From Octopus vulgaris (taxonomy: Eukaryota), in assembly GCA_951406725.2 (NCBI GenBank), contig OX597820.1, positions 25,420,001-25,484,000 on the forward strand: DNA of 64,000 nucleotides, written 5' to 3'. This document shows, piece by piece, positions 26,271 through 39,755 of this stretch (its first letter is position 1; each line of letters begins with the position of its first letter). A program made the position numbers and the translations under genes. The notes beneath the pieces were generated by a model. The model ran no database searches, was not told the DNA's origin, and was given only the letters and a program-made list of their open reading frames with translations.

Positions 26271-26666
26271 ATATATGAAAGAAGGTTTGAAAATGCAATT
26301 TTAAAAGGTGTTTATTCACTTGACCAGTTTCACTTTTTTAGAAAAAGATTGTCGAAAGTAAAATGTAAAAGTTTTGTAAAAACTTTGTTGTGTTAAGTAC
26401 TGGTTGTCACAAAATATTGCAATACATATATACATTCTTAATATTTTCTCAAGATTTTTCCTTGTAAACTGTTTTAACATTTTTATTATTATTATCAAAG
26501 AATGTATATATGTATTGTAATATTTTGTGACAACCAGTACTTAACACAACAAAGTTTTTACAAAGCTTTTACATTTTACTTTTGACAATCTTTTTCTAAA
26601 AAAGTGAAACCGGTCAAGTGAATAAACACCTTTCAAAATTGCAGTTTCAAATCTTTTTTCGTATAT
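26271..26666. mobile_element. ~169-bp-arm inverted repeat with decayed outward-facing hammerhead-like motifs (26318-26359 -, 26578-26619 +)
   Basis: Arms 26271-26439 and 26498-26666. Right arm reads ACUU-uUGACaA-UCUUUUU..AAAAAGU-GAAAC-CG-GUC-AAGU then AATAAA. Confidence 0.7.
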
Positions 26667-26704
26667 TTATATATATATACACACACACATACATACATAC
26701 ACAT

Positions 26705-26928
26705 TTTATTTTACTTGTTTCAGTCATTTGACTGTAACCATGCTGGAGCACCAGCTTTAGTTGAACAAATTGACCCCAGGACTTATTCTTTGTAAGCCTA
26801 GTACTTATTCTATCAGTCTCTTTTGCCGAACTGCTCAGTTATGGGGGACATAAACATGCCAACATTCATTGTCAAACAATGGTGAGGCGACAAATACAAA
26901 CACAAGACACACACACATAGATATATAT

Positions 26929-26972
<44 letters not shown>

Positions 26973-27122
26973 CGGGTTTCTCTCAGTTTCCATCTACCAA
27001 ATCCACTCACAAGACTTTGTTCGGGCTGAGGTTACAGTAGAAGACACTTCCCCAAGGTGCCACGCAGTGGGACTGAACATGGAACCATGTGGTTGGGAAG
27101 CAAGCTTCTTACCACACAGCCA
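26705..27122 (-). mobile_element. SINE family A
   Basis: Reverse-complement head, core and tail. Confidence 0.85.
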
Positions 27123-28046
27123 TATATATATACACACACACACATCATTACATCATCATATCCACATTTCCATATTCACGTGGGTCAGACAAAATTTTGG
27201 GCAGATTTTCTATGGCTGAATATCCTTCCTGTCACCAACCCTTATCTGTTCCCAAGCAAGTTAATATTTTCCTATAGCCAGGCAAAAGACAGCACTTGCC
27301 GGTTGGTGACATTTGTTTACAACTATCATCCAGTGTCAAAGCTAAAACACAGTAATACACACAAACACACACCCCACTTTTGAAAGGTGGCACTTAGCTG
27401 CAAAAGGTTACGCAAAACTCTCCTAGAATGTTACTTATAACGACTAGTTTTTTTTGTTTTTTTTTTGCTTTTTGTTGTTGTTGGGGATGGGGCAGTACAC
27501 AAACACATAACGAAGAATTGTCAATACTGAACTATAAGTTGTTTTTTCTGTTAATATTCTTTTTCTTAATTATTTGCTAAGTAGTTTTTAATAACCATTG
27601 AAAATATGTGTCAGTTACTTGAAATTGTGGAAATAATATTGTTCTTGTTTCTGAACATACACACACACACACGTGTGTATATATATGTGTGTGTATATGT
27701 GCGTATGTATATATATAAGTGTGTGTATACCATCAAAATCAAGATATATATGCCAGTGTTTTATATGTTTAAATGTCAAACTCATTAACTAGTCATATGA
27801 TCATATTTTGTATTTTTGCACACACACACAGACACACAGACACAGACTTGAATACATACATGTATATTAAAGGTTCTGAGACCTTATACAGCACCATGTT
27901 TTTGCTGTTTTGCCATTCAAACTTTGAAATTGACTGGAATAATCATCACCTTTCATTTATTTAGAATTCTTCACAACAATACTTTGTATTTTCATTGCCA
28001 ACAGAAGCAGCTGTCATAGAAATCATGGCTGCTGCCCCCACCACTG

Positions 28047-28080
<34 letters not shown>

Positions 28081-28290
28081 TGGTGGTGGTGGTGGTGGTG
28101 GTGCTGCTGCTGCTGCTGCTAATGCTAATGCTGGGAGTGGAGTCTTTGTCATTGTCATCATCACTATCATTGTGGTGATGGTGGTGACATTCCTTTAAGC
28201 TTACAAAGAATAAATCCTGGGCTCCATTTGCTCAACTAAAGGCAGTGCTCCAGCATGGCCACAGTCAAATGACTGAAATGAGTAAAAGAG

Positions 28291-28432
28291 TAAGGGCAAA
28301 AGAAAAAATTCCTATGCCAAATATGCCGAGAAATAGACTTTAACCACATAGTGATGAATTATATGTGATTATTGACAATTTAAGTTTATTTCTCAGCATA
28401 TTTGGCATAGGAATTTATTTCTTTTGCCCTTA
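28291..28432. repeat. ~50-bp-arm inverted repeat
   Basis: taagggcaaaagaaaaaattcctatgccaaatatgccgagaaata / tatttctcagcatatttggcataggaatttatttcttttgccctta. Confidence 0.85.
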
Positions 28433-28441
28433 TTTATAAGT

Positions 28442-28474
<33 letters not shown>

Positions 28475-28930
28475 GGTAAAGGTTAAAAACTCCCTTTGGT
28501 CATGAATGACCATGGGATTGCACCTAGAAAGATCCTCTCCAAGGCACAAGTCCAGGCTCGGTTGTTTTATAGATGACCAGCAGCTGCCCATGCATACCAG
28601 CCTTTCCACACCACTGATATTATCCAAGGGAAAGACAAAGGCCAATACAGTTTGATTTCTGTGCATTTGCATGTGTGTGTACTTATGTGCTTGTTTCTCA
28701 TGACCTAACAATAAGTGTCAGTTTGTTTACTCAGCTGTAACTTAGCAATTGAATAAAAAGAAACTTAGGGGTCAGTATAATAGACTAAAACCCCTCGAAA
28801 CTGCCCCTATTTGGCCACATTCTAATGACAAGTATAAGAATAAAACAAGACTAACACGTATCTATGTATATATGTGTATGTATATGTACACTCACAAACA
28901 AGCATGTGTATATACCTATATACATACATA

Positions 28931-29452
28931 CTTGATGACCATCCACTTGTGACCGAGGAAGACCATTGCTGACCTTCAGGAACATTGTGCGTTCTAGGAC
29001 TAACTTATATTTTGCAATTGCAGCTCCATTAGTGGCTAATGAGCCCTGCTCTTGACAAGCATACATGACAGCAAACATTACAGACCAAGCTTTCCCCATT
29101 CACTATATGAGCTGTGCACTTTCACGCAGCTTGCTTAAGTTCTTCATGCTGAAAACATGCTCTTTCAAAAGTGTTGACCCCTTCCTTACTTGCTTCCTCC
29201 ATCTGTGGCAATGACAGGCATTGTTCTCCCAATCAGTCTCCTATCGCATATCACAGGCCTTTAATGAGGACTTGACACAGTCCTTAAATCACAGCCTTGG
29301 TTTCTGCTGGGGTCTCTTTCCATTCACAAGTTCCCCATATAGCATCTGCTTAGGGATCCTGCTATTCTTCATTCTAATAAGGTATCCAGTCTAACATAAC
29401 AAATGCTTGTGCACCATCGCCTCAATACTCAAGATATCAGCTGTCCTCAGGA
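28931..29452 (-). mobile_element. RTE (BovB-like) LINE 3' fragment
   Basis: Minus translation VLRTADILSIEAM..RMKNSRIPKQMLYGELVNGKRPQQKPRL*FKDCVKSSLK..CLSRAGLISH; stops present; flanked by (TACA)n. Confidence 0.8.
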
Positions 29453-29546
29453 CATACATACATACATTCATTCATTCATACATACATGCATGCATGCATG
29501 CATGCATACATACATACATACATACATACATACATACATACATACA

Positions 29547-29578
<32 letters not shown>

Positions 29579-30069
29579 GTGTAGAGTTAAATATTTAAAA
29601 TGCATTAATCAGGTTACTTCAGAGTTTCACCAAAGGTGGCCTGTTAAATAAAATGTTTGATAAGCCACTCTTGGCAAAACATCAGTACTCATATTTATTT
29701 GTTGGGGGGGGGGGGGTATGTGTGTGTGCGCACGCATCTGTAGACCACATGGTCAGCACTCTCACCACTAGGCTAATGTTTTAGTAGTTAAGGTGTTAAA
29801 CTGCAATGATAAGGTTGCAGGTTTGATACCTTGGCTCAATCACATGTGTCCTTGAGCAAAGCACTTCATTTCACATTGCTCCAATCTATTCAGCTGAAAA
29901 TAGGAAATAGCAGCCTGTATGACTGCTGGTGCAGCCATATCTTCCTCTAGCTGTTACATCCTTGTTCAACTGAGTTACAAGTAGATAGGCCCAAAGCAGT
30001 TAGTGAAAGCTTGCTAACAGCTACCAGGCCTTAAGTTAGATACTATAACCATTTATATATTGTACATAA

Positions 30070-30256
30070 CGCTTTCTATTATTGGCACAAGGCCTGAAGT
30101 TTTGGGAGAGGGGACTAGTTGATTACATCGACCCCCCAGAATTTCACTGATACTTAATTTATCAACTCCAAAAGGCTGAAAGGCAAAGCCAAACGCAGCG
30201 GAATTTGAACACAGAACGTAGTAACAGGCGAAATACTGCTAAGCATTTTGTCCAGC
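30070..30256 (-). mobile_element. SINE family B
   Basis: Reverse-complement central domain and 3' end. Confidence 0.7.
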
Positions 30257-30291
<35 letters not shown>

Positions 30292-31307
30292 ACATAATGT
30301 AAATACATTGTGAAAATCAAATTTACTGCAGTATGCGTCCAGAGATATGTCTTATGGATATGCTATGTTTAAAACATATTTATGACAGAAAAGAAATAAT
30401 TCCAGCAGCACCTGGTGAGAATTCTAGATGCATTTCTGTGTCATTGAGCATTGTCAGTAGCATGTACTCACAGCCAACTACATGCAAATATAAAATCTGT
30501 TGCCACTATTATTATAGTTACTATGTTTTCCCAGTACCCAATTTCCCTGATGAGTACAATTACCTTGGTGTAACAGATGCTATCAACAATTCTAGGGAGC
30601 TTTTCCAAACAGTTAAATAAAACTTGTTTTATGGGTGTTCTTGTTGCTTGCTGCTCCTTCTTTTGTCTGCTACACACAAAGTCCATCTTCTTTGTCAGCA
30701 TGCCATCATAATAGAAAATGGCATGATGTCATTAAGAATTTATTTGATAATCAAAATATCAGCAAATCATTTCAGGATGTCAGAATATTTAAAATAATTT
30801 TTGTATAACTTTCTATTCACATTTCACATTTTATCTGTGTTAAATACTGAAATATAAATGAGTTATTTTATTGTAATAATTCATATAGACATTTGTTCAA
30901 TATTGTTCCATTGTTAGTTAATTCATAATCAGGTTGATTTACAAATACAATCATTATTTAAATTCAAGTCGAAAAGGAAATTGTGAAAGGTTTTATTTGC
31001 TATTGTGATGAGAGAGTGAGGGAGGGTATAGAAATGGGGGGATTTTTTTTTATGTGAACTAAAATATTTTAATGTCTAGGTGCTTTAGTGTATCTAGTGC
31101 AGTATTTCCTTGATCTGAATTTAAATGTTACTAAGATTTGCTTTGCTGTTTATTGCTCCAGGGTAGGAGAAATTGGGCTCCATTGATCAATGTTAACTAT
31201 ACATCAGTGGTTTCCAGGCTGGGGTCCCCAGATCCCTGGTGGTCTGCAAAGGTAGTACTGGGAACCCATGAACTAAGTTCAATATTTTATATATGTGTGT
31301 GTGTGTA

Positions 31308-31383
<76 letters not shown>

Positions 31384-31466
31384 GGTCCCGGGTTGATTCG
31401 GGGTTAACCACAGTAAATAAGGTACTCAATACATAGCAGAGTAAAATTAATTTATTATATAGAAGG

Positions 31467-31517
31467 AGCTTCTACAGGACTAGAACTGTTTCATTCAAGA
31501 GAAATCTTCAGGAAGCC
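31467..31517 (-). ncRNA. minimal type I hammerhead ribozyme, apparently intact
   Basis: GGCUUC-CUGAAGA-UUUC-UCUU-GAAU-GAAACAG-UUCUAGUC-CUGUA-GAAGCU: 6-bp stem I, short stem II with a U.U first pair, 4-bp stem III, GUA triplet; predicted cut at 31473/31472. Confidence 0.8.
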
Positions 31518-31518
31518 A

Positions 31519-31568
31519 GGCTTCCTGAAGATTTCTCTTGAATGAAACAGTTCTAGTCCTGTAGAACT
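31519..31568 (+). ncRNA. minimal type I hammerhead ribozyme, mirror copy
   Basis: Same core as the minus copy; 1-nt deletion in the 3' strand of stem I (GAACU); predicted cut at 31563/31564. Confidence 0.7.
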
Positions 31569-31579
31569 CCTTCTATATA

Positions 31580-31626
<47 letters not shown>

Positions 31627-32799
31627 TAAGAATAAGCATATTAAAAGGGATCCATGGGAAAACTCATTTAAATAAAAGGGTTGGGAACTACTGCTATGCA
31701 ACTTCTGCATGACTGTGTGGTTTGCAACCATGGAGTTACAGGTTCACTCCCACTGCATGGTACCTAGGCCCTGTGAGTGAATTTGTTAGAAAGAAACTGT
31801 ATGGACGCCCGTTGTACATGTGTGTCTGTGTTTGTCTTCTTCCCTCTGCTTCACAACTAGTGTTAATTTATTTACATCTCCACGACTTACCAGTTAGTCA
31901 GAAGAGAGCAATAGTGTAAGTACCTGACTTAAAAAAAAAGTACTGGTGTTAATTTCTTTGACTAAAACATTTCAGGACGGTACTCCAGCATGGTCATGGT
32001 CCAGTGACTGAAATATTTAAGATATAAAAGATATATATATTCGTTTCGGCAAAAGAGACCAATAGAATAAGTACTAAGCTTACAAAGAATAAGTCCTGGG
32101 GTCAGTTTGCTCAACTAAAGGCGGTGCCCCAGCATGGCCACAGTCAAATGACTGAAACAAGTAAAAGAGTAAAATAGTAGCATCAAGTTGAAATTAACCA
32201 CACATCTCTTTCTTATCATTTCTGAATAAATAAACAAAAATGAATACAGCCAAACTGTTGACAATATTGATCTACTGGAAACTGTCTAAGGATGTGCAAC
32301 CAGATGAATACGCTCTGTCTGTTAGTCACTTACCATGTCTTAAGTGTCTTGCTTCTCTGAGCATTAACACACCAAAATTTTGACTAGTAAAAGCTCTCAA
32401 GATTATCCACCATCTTTCCAATAGCTAGCTGCTTTTTTGAATTCAATATTTCAGCCAACCGGAGACATACTTATAAAATAAAGAAAATATAGTGCAACAC
32501 CAATGATTTTGGAAATATTTTATTTTATGTTCAGAATTATCAAATAAACTATGTCAGTTGTTAGCTGCTAGGAGACTGCATCCTTCAAAAATTTCATACT
32601 TCCTGAAATTCGCCCAAGTTGACTGGTAAAAGTGCTCAAGATAATCCACCATCTTTCCAACAATTGGGAAGATTGTGGATAATCCATGTCAGTTCTTAGC
32701 TTCCAGGAAACTGTATCCTTCCCAAAATTCACCAACTTGATTTCCATAAAGCCTATGTACTATTTCCTCTTTATGGCTCTTTTACTCTCCTTTTTAGTC

Positions 32800-33199
32800 T
32801 TTACTCTTTTACTTGTTTCAGTCATTTGACTGTGGCCATGCTGGAGCACTGCCTTTAGTCAAGAAAATCAACCCCAGGACTTATTCTTTGTAAGCCTAGT
32901 ACTTATTCTATCAGTCTCTTTTGCCGAACTGCCAATTACAGGGATGTAAACAAACCAGCATCAGTTGTCAAGCAATGTTGGGGGGACAAACACAGACACA
33001 AACATATACACACACATACATACATACATATATACGACAGGCTTCTTTCAGTTTCCGTCTACCAAATCCACTCACAAGGCTTTGGTCGGCCCGAGGCTAT
33101 AGTAGAAGATACTTGCCCAAAGTACCACGCAGTGGGACTGAACCCGGAACCATGTGGTTCGTAAGCAAGCTACTTCCCACACAGCCACTCCTGCACCTA
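32800..33199 (-). mobile_element. SINE family A, full length
   Basis: Reverse-complement head, core and tail. Confidence 0.9.
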
Positions 33200-34029
33200 C
33201 TGTTAATTTTTTTGTCTGTCTAGTGTTTTATCCTGTGTACTAATGCACGAACTTTGGCCATCATTGTTGTCTTACTTTAATTCACTTATTGCTGGTTTCT
33301 GTCCCCTCTTTTACACTTTTCCTATGGGTTCTACTGTACCCGGGTACCGTATACATATACTACAAGCTCTTTATAATTATTATCAAAAACACCTGTGTAC
33401 TTCATCAAAAGAAATCACTTATATTATGAAACAATTAAAGCATGAGTTTAATATATTAAATAACTATATACATACATAATTAAGAAAATAAATTAATAAA
33501 TAAATAATTCTTGCATTTTAGCACTTTCAGGCAAATTCTGCTCTAATTTTTTCGGTGTAAAGAAAAAAGTCAGTGCCTTTGATTTGTTTGTTTCTTTTTC
33601 TTTTTCTTTTTTGAGCCAAAATTAGAAATATATAGTTTAGTAAATTTGCTTAAATCTCAACAAAAGAAGGAAAGGCTCGTCATCATCATCATCATCATCA
33701 TCATCGTTGTCATTGATGAAGATGATGAGGATAAAATGAGGAAAAAATATAAACAAAAACAAAAGATGAAAATAAAAATAAAAGCAAAGCAGACGAAACA
33801 AAACAAAACAAAATGAAATAAAATAAAATAAAATAAAATAAAAACAAATATATAGCAATAACCCCAAAATGTAGATCTAAAGTAGTTCTAATTCCAGCAA
33901 TGGTAATGGTAAGAATTTCATAAGCTATTATTCTATGATTAGGCTCTAGTGAAAGATCATTTTATTTGCAAGCAAAATCAATGGGTTTCTATAAATATAA
34001 TAGCAATGATTCCACACACACACACACAC

Positions 34030-34900
34030 ACTCTTTTTGCTCTCTTTCTCTCACTTTCTCTCTTCCATACTCTCTCTCTCTCTCTCTTTTCTTTGTACTC
34101 CCTTACTTCCTTGCTCTCTATTTTCGACTCTCTCTTCCGGTCTCTTACAGTCTTTTTTTCTCTTGCACTCTCTTTCCATTGCAATTACTCCTTCCCATGC
34201 TATCTGCCTCTCTCACACTCATTCTCTCTCTTCCTTTCTGTCTCTCTTTTCCATTGCTCCTTTTCTTTCACTACTTTTACCCCCACTCACACCCCCACCC
34301 CCACACACTCTCTCACTCACTCCCTTCTCTATTTCAGTTATTTGAACTATTAACAGTGAGTGTGAGCCAATGAATAGCCTCTTTACAGTATTTTTCTTAT
34401 GTCTATTTGTCTGTCTGTGTACGTGTGTGTGTGTGTGTGCATGCATGCATGCATGTATTTGTGTGTACCTGCATGCACATTGTGCAGTGTGACGAAGCCA
34501 GCTGTTTACACCAACAAACCCACCCACCTTCTGGTCTGTCTCCGTCTCTCTCTAGCTTTCTCTCTCTCTCTCTCTCACTCTCTTTTCTCTTTCTCTTTCT
34601 CTCTCTCTTTTTTCTCTTTCTTTCTCTCTTTCTCCCTTACTCTCTCTTTCTCTTTTTCACTCTCTCTCTCCCTGTCGCTTTCTCACTCTATTTCCCTCTC
34701 TCTCTCTCTCTCTCTTTCTCCCTTTCTTTCTCTTTCTCACTCTCATTCTCTCTCTCTCCCTGTCTCTTTCTCACTCTATTTCCCTCTTCCTCACTCTCTC
34801 TCTCTTTCTCTGTCCCAGTCACTCTCTGTTCCTCTTTCTGTCTTCTTACTCCTCTCTCCCTGGCTCTTCTCTCTCTCCTCTCTCTCTCTCTCTTATTTCC
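34030..34900. repeat. CT-rich low-complexity tracts
   Basis: Direct inspection. Confidence 0.85.
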
Positions 34901-35944
34901 TACCACACACCTCCCACCCACTTGTGCATATTTGCATATTATCCACACACCCTTTGCCCCAACCCTACATGCTTCGCCAACCAGCCAGCCAGCCACCAAA
35001 ATTCTTGCCCTCTTTCTCCATCTGACCTCCTAGAGTGCCAACATCTCATTTTGGTATCTTAAATATTACATTGAAATACATTGCCCATAATAGACTGTAT
35101 TAAAAGAACGAAATAGAAAGAAATAGACAAATAAAGAAAAGTTCAACAAAGACGCCAAAGCTAAGATGGTACTACCCCCACCACCACCACCACCTCTCTC
35201 TCTCTGATACTAGACATCCCAGAATAATAGACATTACTGCCACAGACCAAATATGAGTCCTTCCTTTGGTAGATCAACGGAGCTAATTATCTCAGGGTAC
35301 CTATCTATAGTATTTATTCCAGCATCCACTGAAATAACATTTAGCCAGCTCTTATTGTTTTATTAGTGTTATTTATTTTTCTTGTTGTTGTTTTTATTAT
35401 TTTTATTTTTATGCTATTTATTTTCGAGGTGTGACAATCTTTGCTTCTTGCATTGTATTCTTGTATTCGTAATGATGTTATTACAGATAAGTGGTAATGG
35501 ATTTCTCCTCTTAGTTGGCACAGGGCCAACTGTTGTTGTCATTAGTTAGCGCCGAGTCATCTATGATCAATCAAACGTCTTTGAGCGAAAGCATTTCCAG
35601 CCATGACCACCCAGTCTGGCTTTTAGATATAGTATATTTAGGGCTACATTATCACTTTTATTCATTCATCATCATTTGACATTTGCTTTCCTTGCTGGCA
35701 TGGGTTGGACAGTTTGACAGAATCTGGAAAGCTGTAAGATTGTGTTGAGCTCCAGTGTTTGCTTTAACGTGGTTTCTACAGCTGAATGCCCTTCCTAATG
35801 CCAACCACTTAACAGAGTGTACTGGATACTTTCTTTGTCCCACTGGCAGTAGTGAAGGTACCATGAAAACTTGCAATTCACAACATGGAAAAAAGATAAA
35901 GCTTCAACTTTTAAGAGAGGAAGTTTCTTCTTCCTTGAACCCAG

Positions 35945-36268
35945 TGAAAGCACATAGCTCATTGGTTAGAGCATCAGGCTCACAATCATGAGATAGTGAG
36001 TTCAGTTCCCAGACCAGGCTATGTGTTGTGTTGTTTAGCAAGACACTTTATTTCATGTTGTTCCAATTTGCTCAGCTATAGAAATGAGTTGCGATACCAC
36101 TGGTGCCAAGCTATGTCGGCCTTTGCTTTTTCTTTGGATAACATCAGTGGTGTGGAGAGGGGAGGCTGGTGTATATGGGTGATTGTTGGCCATCTACAAA
36201 CAATCTTGCCCAGAGGAGAATTTTCTAGATGCAATCTCATGGTTATTCATGACTGAAGGGTGTCTTTA

Positions 36269-36270
<2 letters not shown>
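35945..36270 (+). mobile_element. SINE family D
   Basis: tRNA-like head and ctcagctatagaaatgagttgcga; its 3' part matches 28474-28650 in reverse. Confidence 0.6.
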
Positions 36271-36313
<43 letters not shown>

Positions 36314-36316
<3 letters not shown>

Positions 36317-36660
36317 TCATCATCATCATCATCATCATTTAACGTCCGTTCTCCATGCTAGCATGGGTTGGACGGTTCGACCGGGTTCTGGGAAGCCAGA
36401 AGGCTGCACCAGGCTCCAGTCTAATCTGGCAATGTTTCTACAGCTGGATGCCCTTCCTAACGCCAACCACTCCGTGAGTGTAGTGGGTGCTTTTTACGTG
36501 CCACCTGTACAGGTGCCAGGCAAGGCTGGCAACGGCCACGGTCGGATTGGTGTATTTTATGTGCCACCGGCACGGAAGCCAGTCGAGGCGGTGCTGGCAT
36601 CGGCCACGAGTCGGATAGTGCTTTTTACGTACCACCAGACCAGGGATCCTGGCTGGTTCA
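36314..36660 (-). mobile_element. RTE-type LINE 3'UTR fragment inserted in (TA)n
   Basis: (cat)n tttaacgtccgttctccatgctagcatgggttgg..; TA runs on both sides. Confidence 0.8.
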
Positions 36661-36898
36661 AATATATATATATATGTATATATATATCAAATTCCATAAA
36701 TACTTAATATTCAATTTTATTTATTCATTCCAATTATGAATGTTTAATAACTGAGTGCTGTGAGTTAAAATCACAGTTTTTGGGGGTTTTTTTTCAACAT
36801 TTGTCTATTTATTAGCAAAGTCTCATATAAAATAAATTTTTGTTTTAATCTTGGGTTAAATTTACTGTCAGGTGACATTTGGCCAACCCTGTTATATA

Positions 36899-36931
<33 letters not shown>

Positions 36932-36939
36932 ATATTTGT

Positions 36940-37142
36940 GTTGAAATTTATAGAAAAACAAAAGATGAAGACAGGTGTATGAACAACAAGCGTTTTAGTT
37001 TGACACTCAGGAAAATAAAAAAGTCATTTACATTTCGAGCCTATGCTCTTTAACAGAAAGGAATAAGAGAAAATAAGCAAAGAGAGAATAAAAGAAACTT
37101 GTAGATTTCAGTCGTCCAGCATAGTGTGTATGTATGTATGTG

Positions 37143-37185
<43 letters not shown>

Positions 37186-37323
37186 TATGTGTGTGTGTGT
37201 GTATTATAGGTTTACTTATTTATCTCTCTCTCTCTCTCTCTTATATATATATATATATCTATGTATATATATATATATATGTATGTATATATATATATAT
37301 ATGTATGTATATATATATATATG

Positions 37324-37382
<59 letters not shown>

Positions 37383-37530
37383 TCTTCCTCTTTATTTCTG
37401 TGTTCCTTTTTGTTGTAGAGCGTAGGCTCGAAACATAAAAGACTTTCTCACTTTCCAAGCGTTAAACTAATACATCTGTTTATTGTTTACACACCCACCT
37501 TCGTCTTTTGTTTTTTTGCAAATTCTCACT
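36940..37530. mobile_element. diverged inverted pair (~150-bp arms) around a microsatellite, with hammerhead-like motifs (37025-37061 -, 37405-37441 +)
   Basis: Two-arm consensus CUUU-CUGUURAA-GAGC-GUAG-GCUC-GAAAC-GUA-AAAG; the 5' core box is non-canonical. Confidence 0.55.
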
Positions 37531-38593
37531 ATATAACATATACATACACACACACACATATATATATGTCAGGCTTTCACACAGTTTCTATCTATCAAAT
37601 TCACTCACAAGGGGCTATAGTAGAAGACATTTGCCCTAAGTGCCATGCTGTAGGATTGAACCTAAAAACCATGGTTGCAGAGCAAGTTTCTTAACCACAC
37701 AGTCAAGCCGTGCCTGCACCATCATTGCTTTCATTGTTATTTCTGCGTTTTAGCAGTGGGGGTGGGATCAGTGTGCGTGACAGGTTTAAACTTTTATTTA
37801 TAATTATATGTCATTGGAGATAATAAGAAATTTCCCTTCTGTTGGCATAAATCCTCCATCTTTTCCCTTCTTATCTACCTTTTTCTTTTTCTATATAAAA
37901 TGAAAAGTGATAATGTTGCTTTGATTTAGAACCAATACATGATGTTGTTTAACCCCAGGTCAGAGTTTTGATTAAGCTGACCTATGATTAAAGATTTTCC
38001 AGCCATAAACTGCTAGCCTGACTTTTCAGTGATATCTGGAACTAAAAATATCCTATGTGTCCTTCTTTCTTTATAAAGATGGTTGGTTGTATTATTGATG
38101 GAGACTTGACCGATATTGGTTTCAGATTCTGGCACAACGCCAGCAAGTTTAGGGGTAAATCGATTACATCGACACTCCCCCTCCCTAGGGTTCAACTGGT
38201 ACTTATTTTATCAACCTCCAAAAGGATGAAAGGCAAAGTTGACCTCAGCAGAATTTGAACTCAGAACGTAAAGACAGGCTAATCATTCTTACAGTTTGCC
38301 ACCTTATGGTTGAGCATGATGTTGATGGAGATTAAACCTGGTACTTATTCTATTCATTTCTTTTGCCAAACCACTATGTTATGGGGATGTAAACAAACCA
38401 ACTTTGATGTCAAGGCATGGTGGGTTACAAACACAAAGACACACACACATATATCTGTATATGTATGTAATATTCTAAACAAAACTGTCCGATGAATGGG
38501 AACGTGGGACTCTATATGTATTATATGTATGTATATGTGTATCATTATCTTCATCATCATCATTTAACGTCCGTTGTCCATGCTGACAGGGAT

Positions 38594-38647
<54 letters not shown>

Positions 38648-38657
38648 ATGTATGTAT

Positions 38658-38693
<36 letters not shown>

Positions 38694-39149
38694 GCATATA
38701 TATATATATATGTATGTATATCCATATATATATATACATGTATATATATGCATATATATATGACAGGAATAAAACTGAAGCCACATGCCTGTGCCTAATA
38801 TATGTATGTGATTTAAGGACAATTTGACTGTTATCTCTCATAGGTCAAATGACCATGTAGAAGCTTCTTGTTGGCTCGTAGTTATAAATAGTGATTAGTA
38901 TTAGTAAGGTACATACAAAAGGGTATGCTTTCACTATTATCAGTAGAATCACCACTATTTTGTGGTTTGTTTGTTTTCTTTGTTTCCATTTGAACAAAGT
39001 TAGATAAACTTATTCAACCATCTTAACTGGGGTTGGTTTGTTTTTATTTCTTGGTTTGTTTTTGTTTTTTGTTATATTTATACACTTCCTTTTTTTTTTT
39101 TCAGTTAACAGTAACTCCTTCATTACAACTTTTATCACCTTCTATCTGC

Positions 39150-39525
39150 CACCGCCATCACCACTACCATCACCACTACCACCATCACCACTACCACCAT
39201 CACCACTACCACCATCACCACTGCCACCACCATCATCACCGCTACAACCAACACCATCACCACTACAACCACCACCATCACCAACACCACCACAACCACT
39301 ACCATCACCAACACCACCACCATCACCAACACCACCACCATCACCAACACCACCACCATCACCACAACCACCACCATCACAACCACCACCATCACTACCA
39401 CCGTCACCACTACCACCATCACCACTACAACCAACACCATTGCCACTACAACCATCACCATCACCACTACCTCCACCATCACCACTACAACCAACACCAT
39501 CGCCACTACCAACAGCCCCACCACC
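39150..39525. repeat. CAC/CAT/TAC trinucleotide microsatellite
   Basis: Direct inspection; source of the poly-His and poly-Pro pseudo-ORFs. Confidence 0.9.
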
Positions 39526-39755
39526 TCACTCATTTACTTTGATTTGCCTCTTTGCCTCAACTATCGTTGCTTCCTAGTTTCATTCTTAAAACACTCAATG
39601 TCATAAAACTGATATTATCTATTTTAAATTCTTTACCGAATCTCTTACATAGACAACAAAGAACCAAACATTAAACTATGCAATAATATCATAAATTTTT
39701 ATGAATTTATTTATTATTTGAATAAAAATAAATTTTTATTATTTTCAATTGATTT

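Larger units (their letters stand above)
31205..31693. mobile_element. hAT-like MITE hosting a microsatellite and a ribozyme palindrome
   Basis: Termini CAGTGGTTTCCA / TGGGAACTACTG; 8-bp flanks ctatacat / ctatgcaa (6/8 match). Confidence 0.6.

Noticed and set aside
30545-30580. CTGATGAG boxes (also 45048)
   Set aside because: No matching stem II, GAAAC or stem I.
39033-39577. Extensin-like poly-Pro and poly-His ORFs just upstream of the exon
   Set aside because: CAC/CAT microsatellite open in several frames on both strands; no in-phase donor seen.
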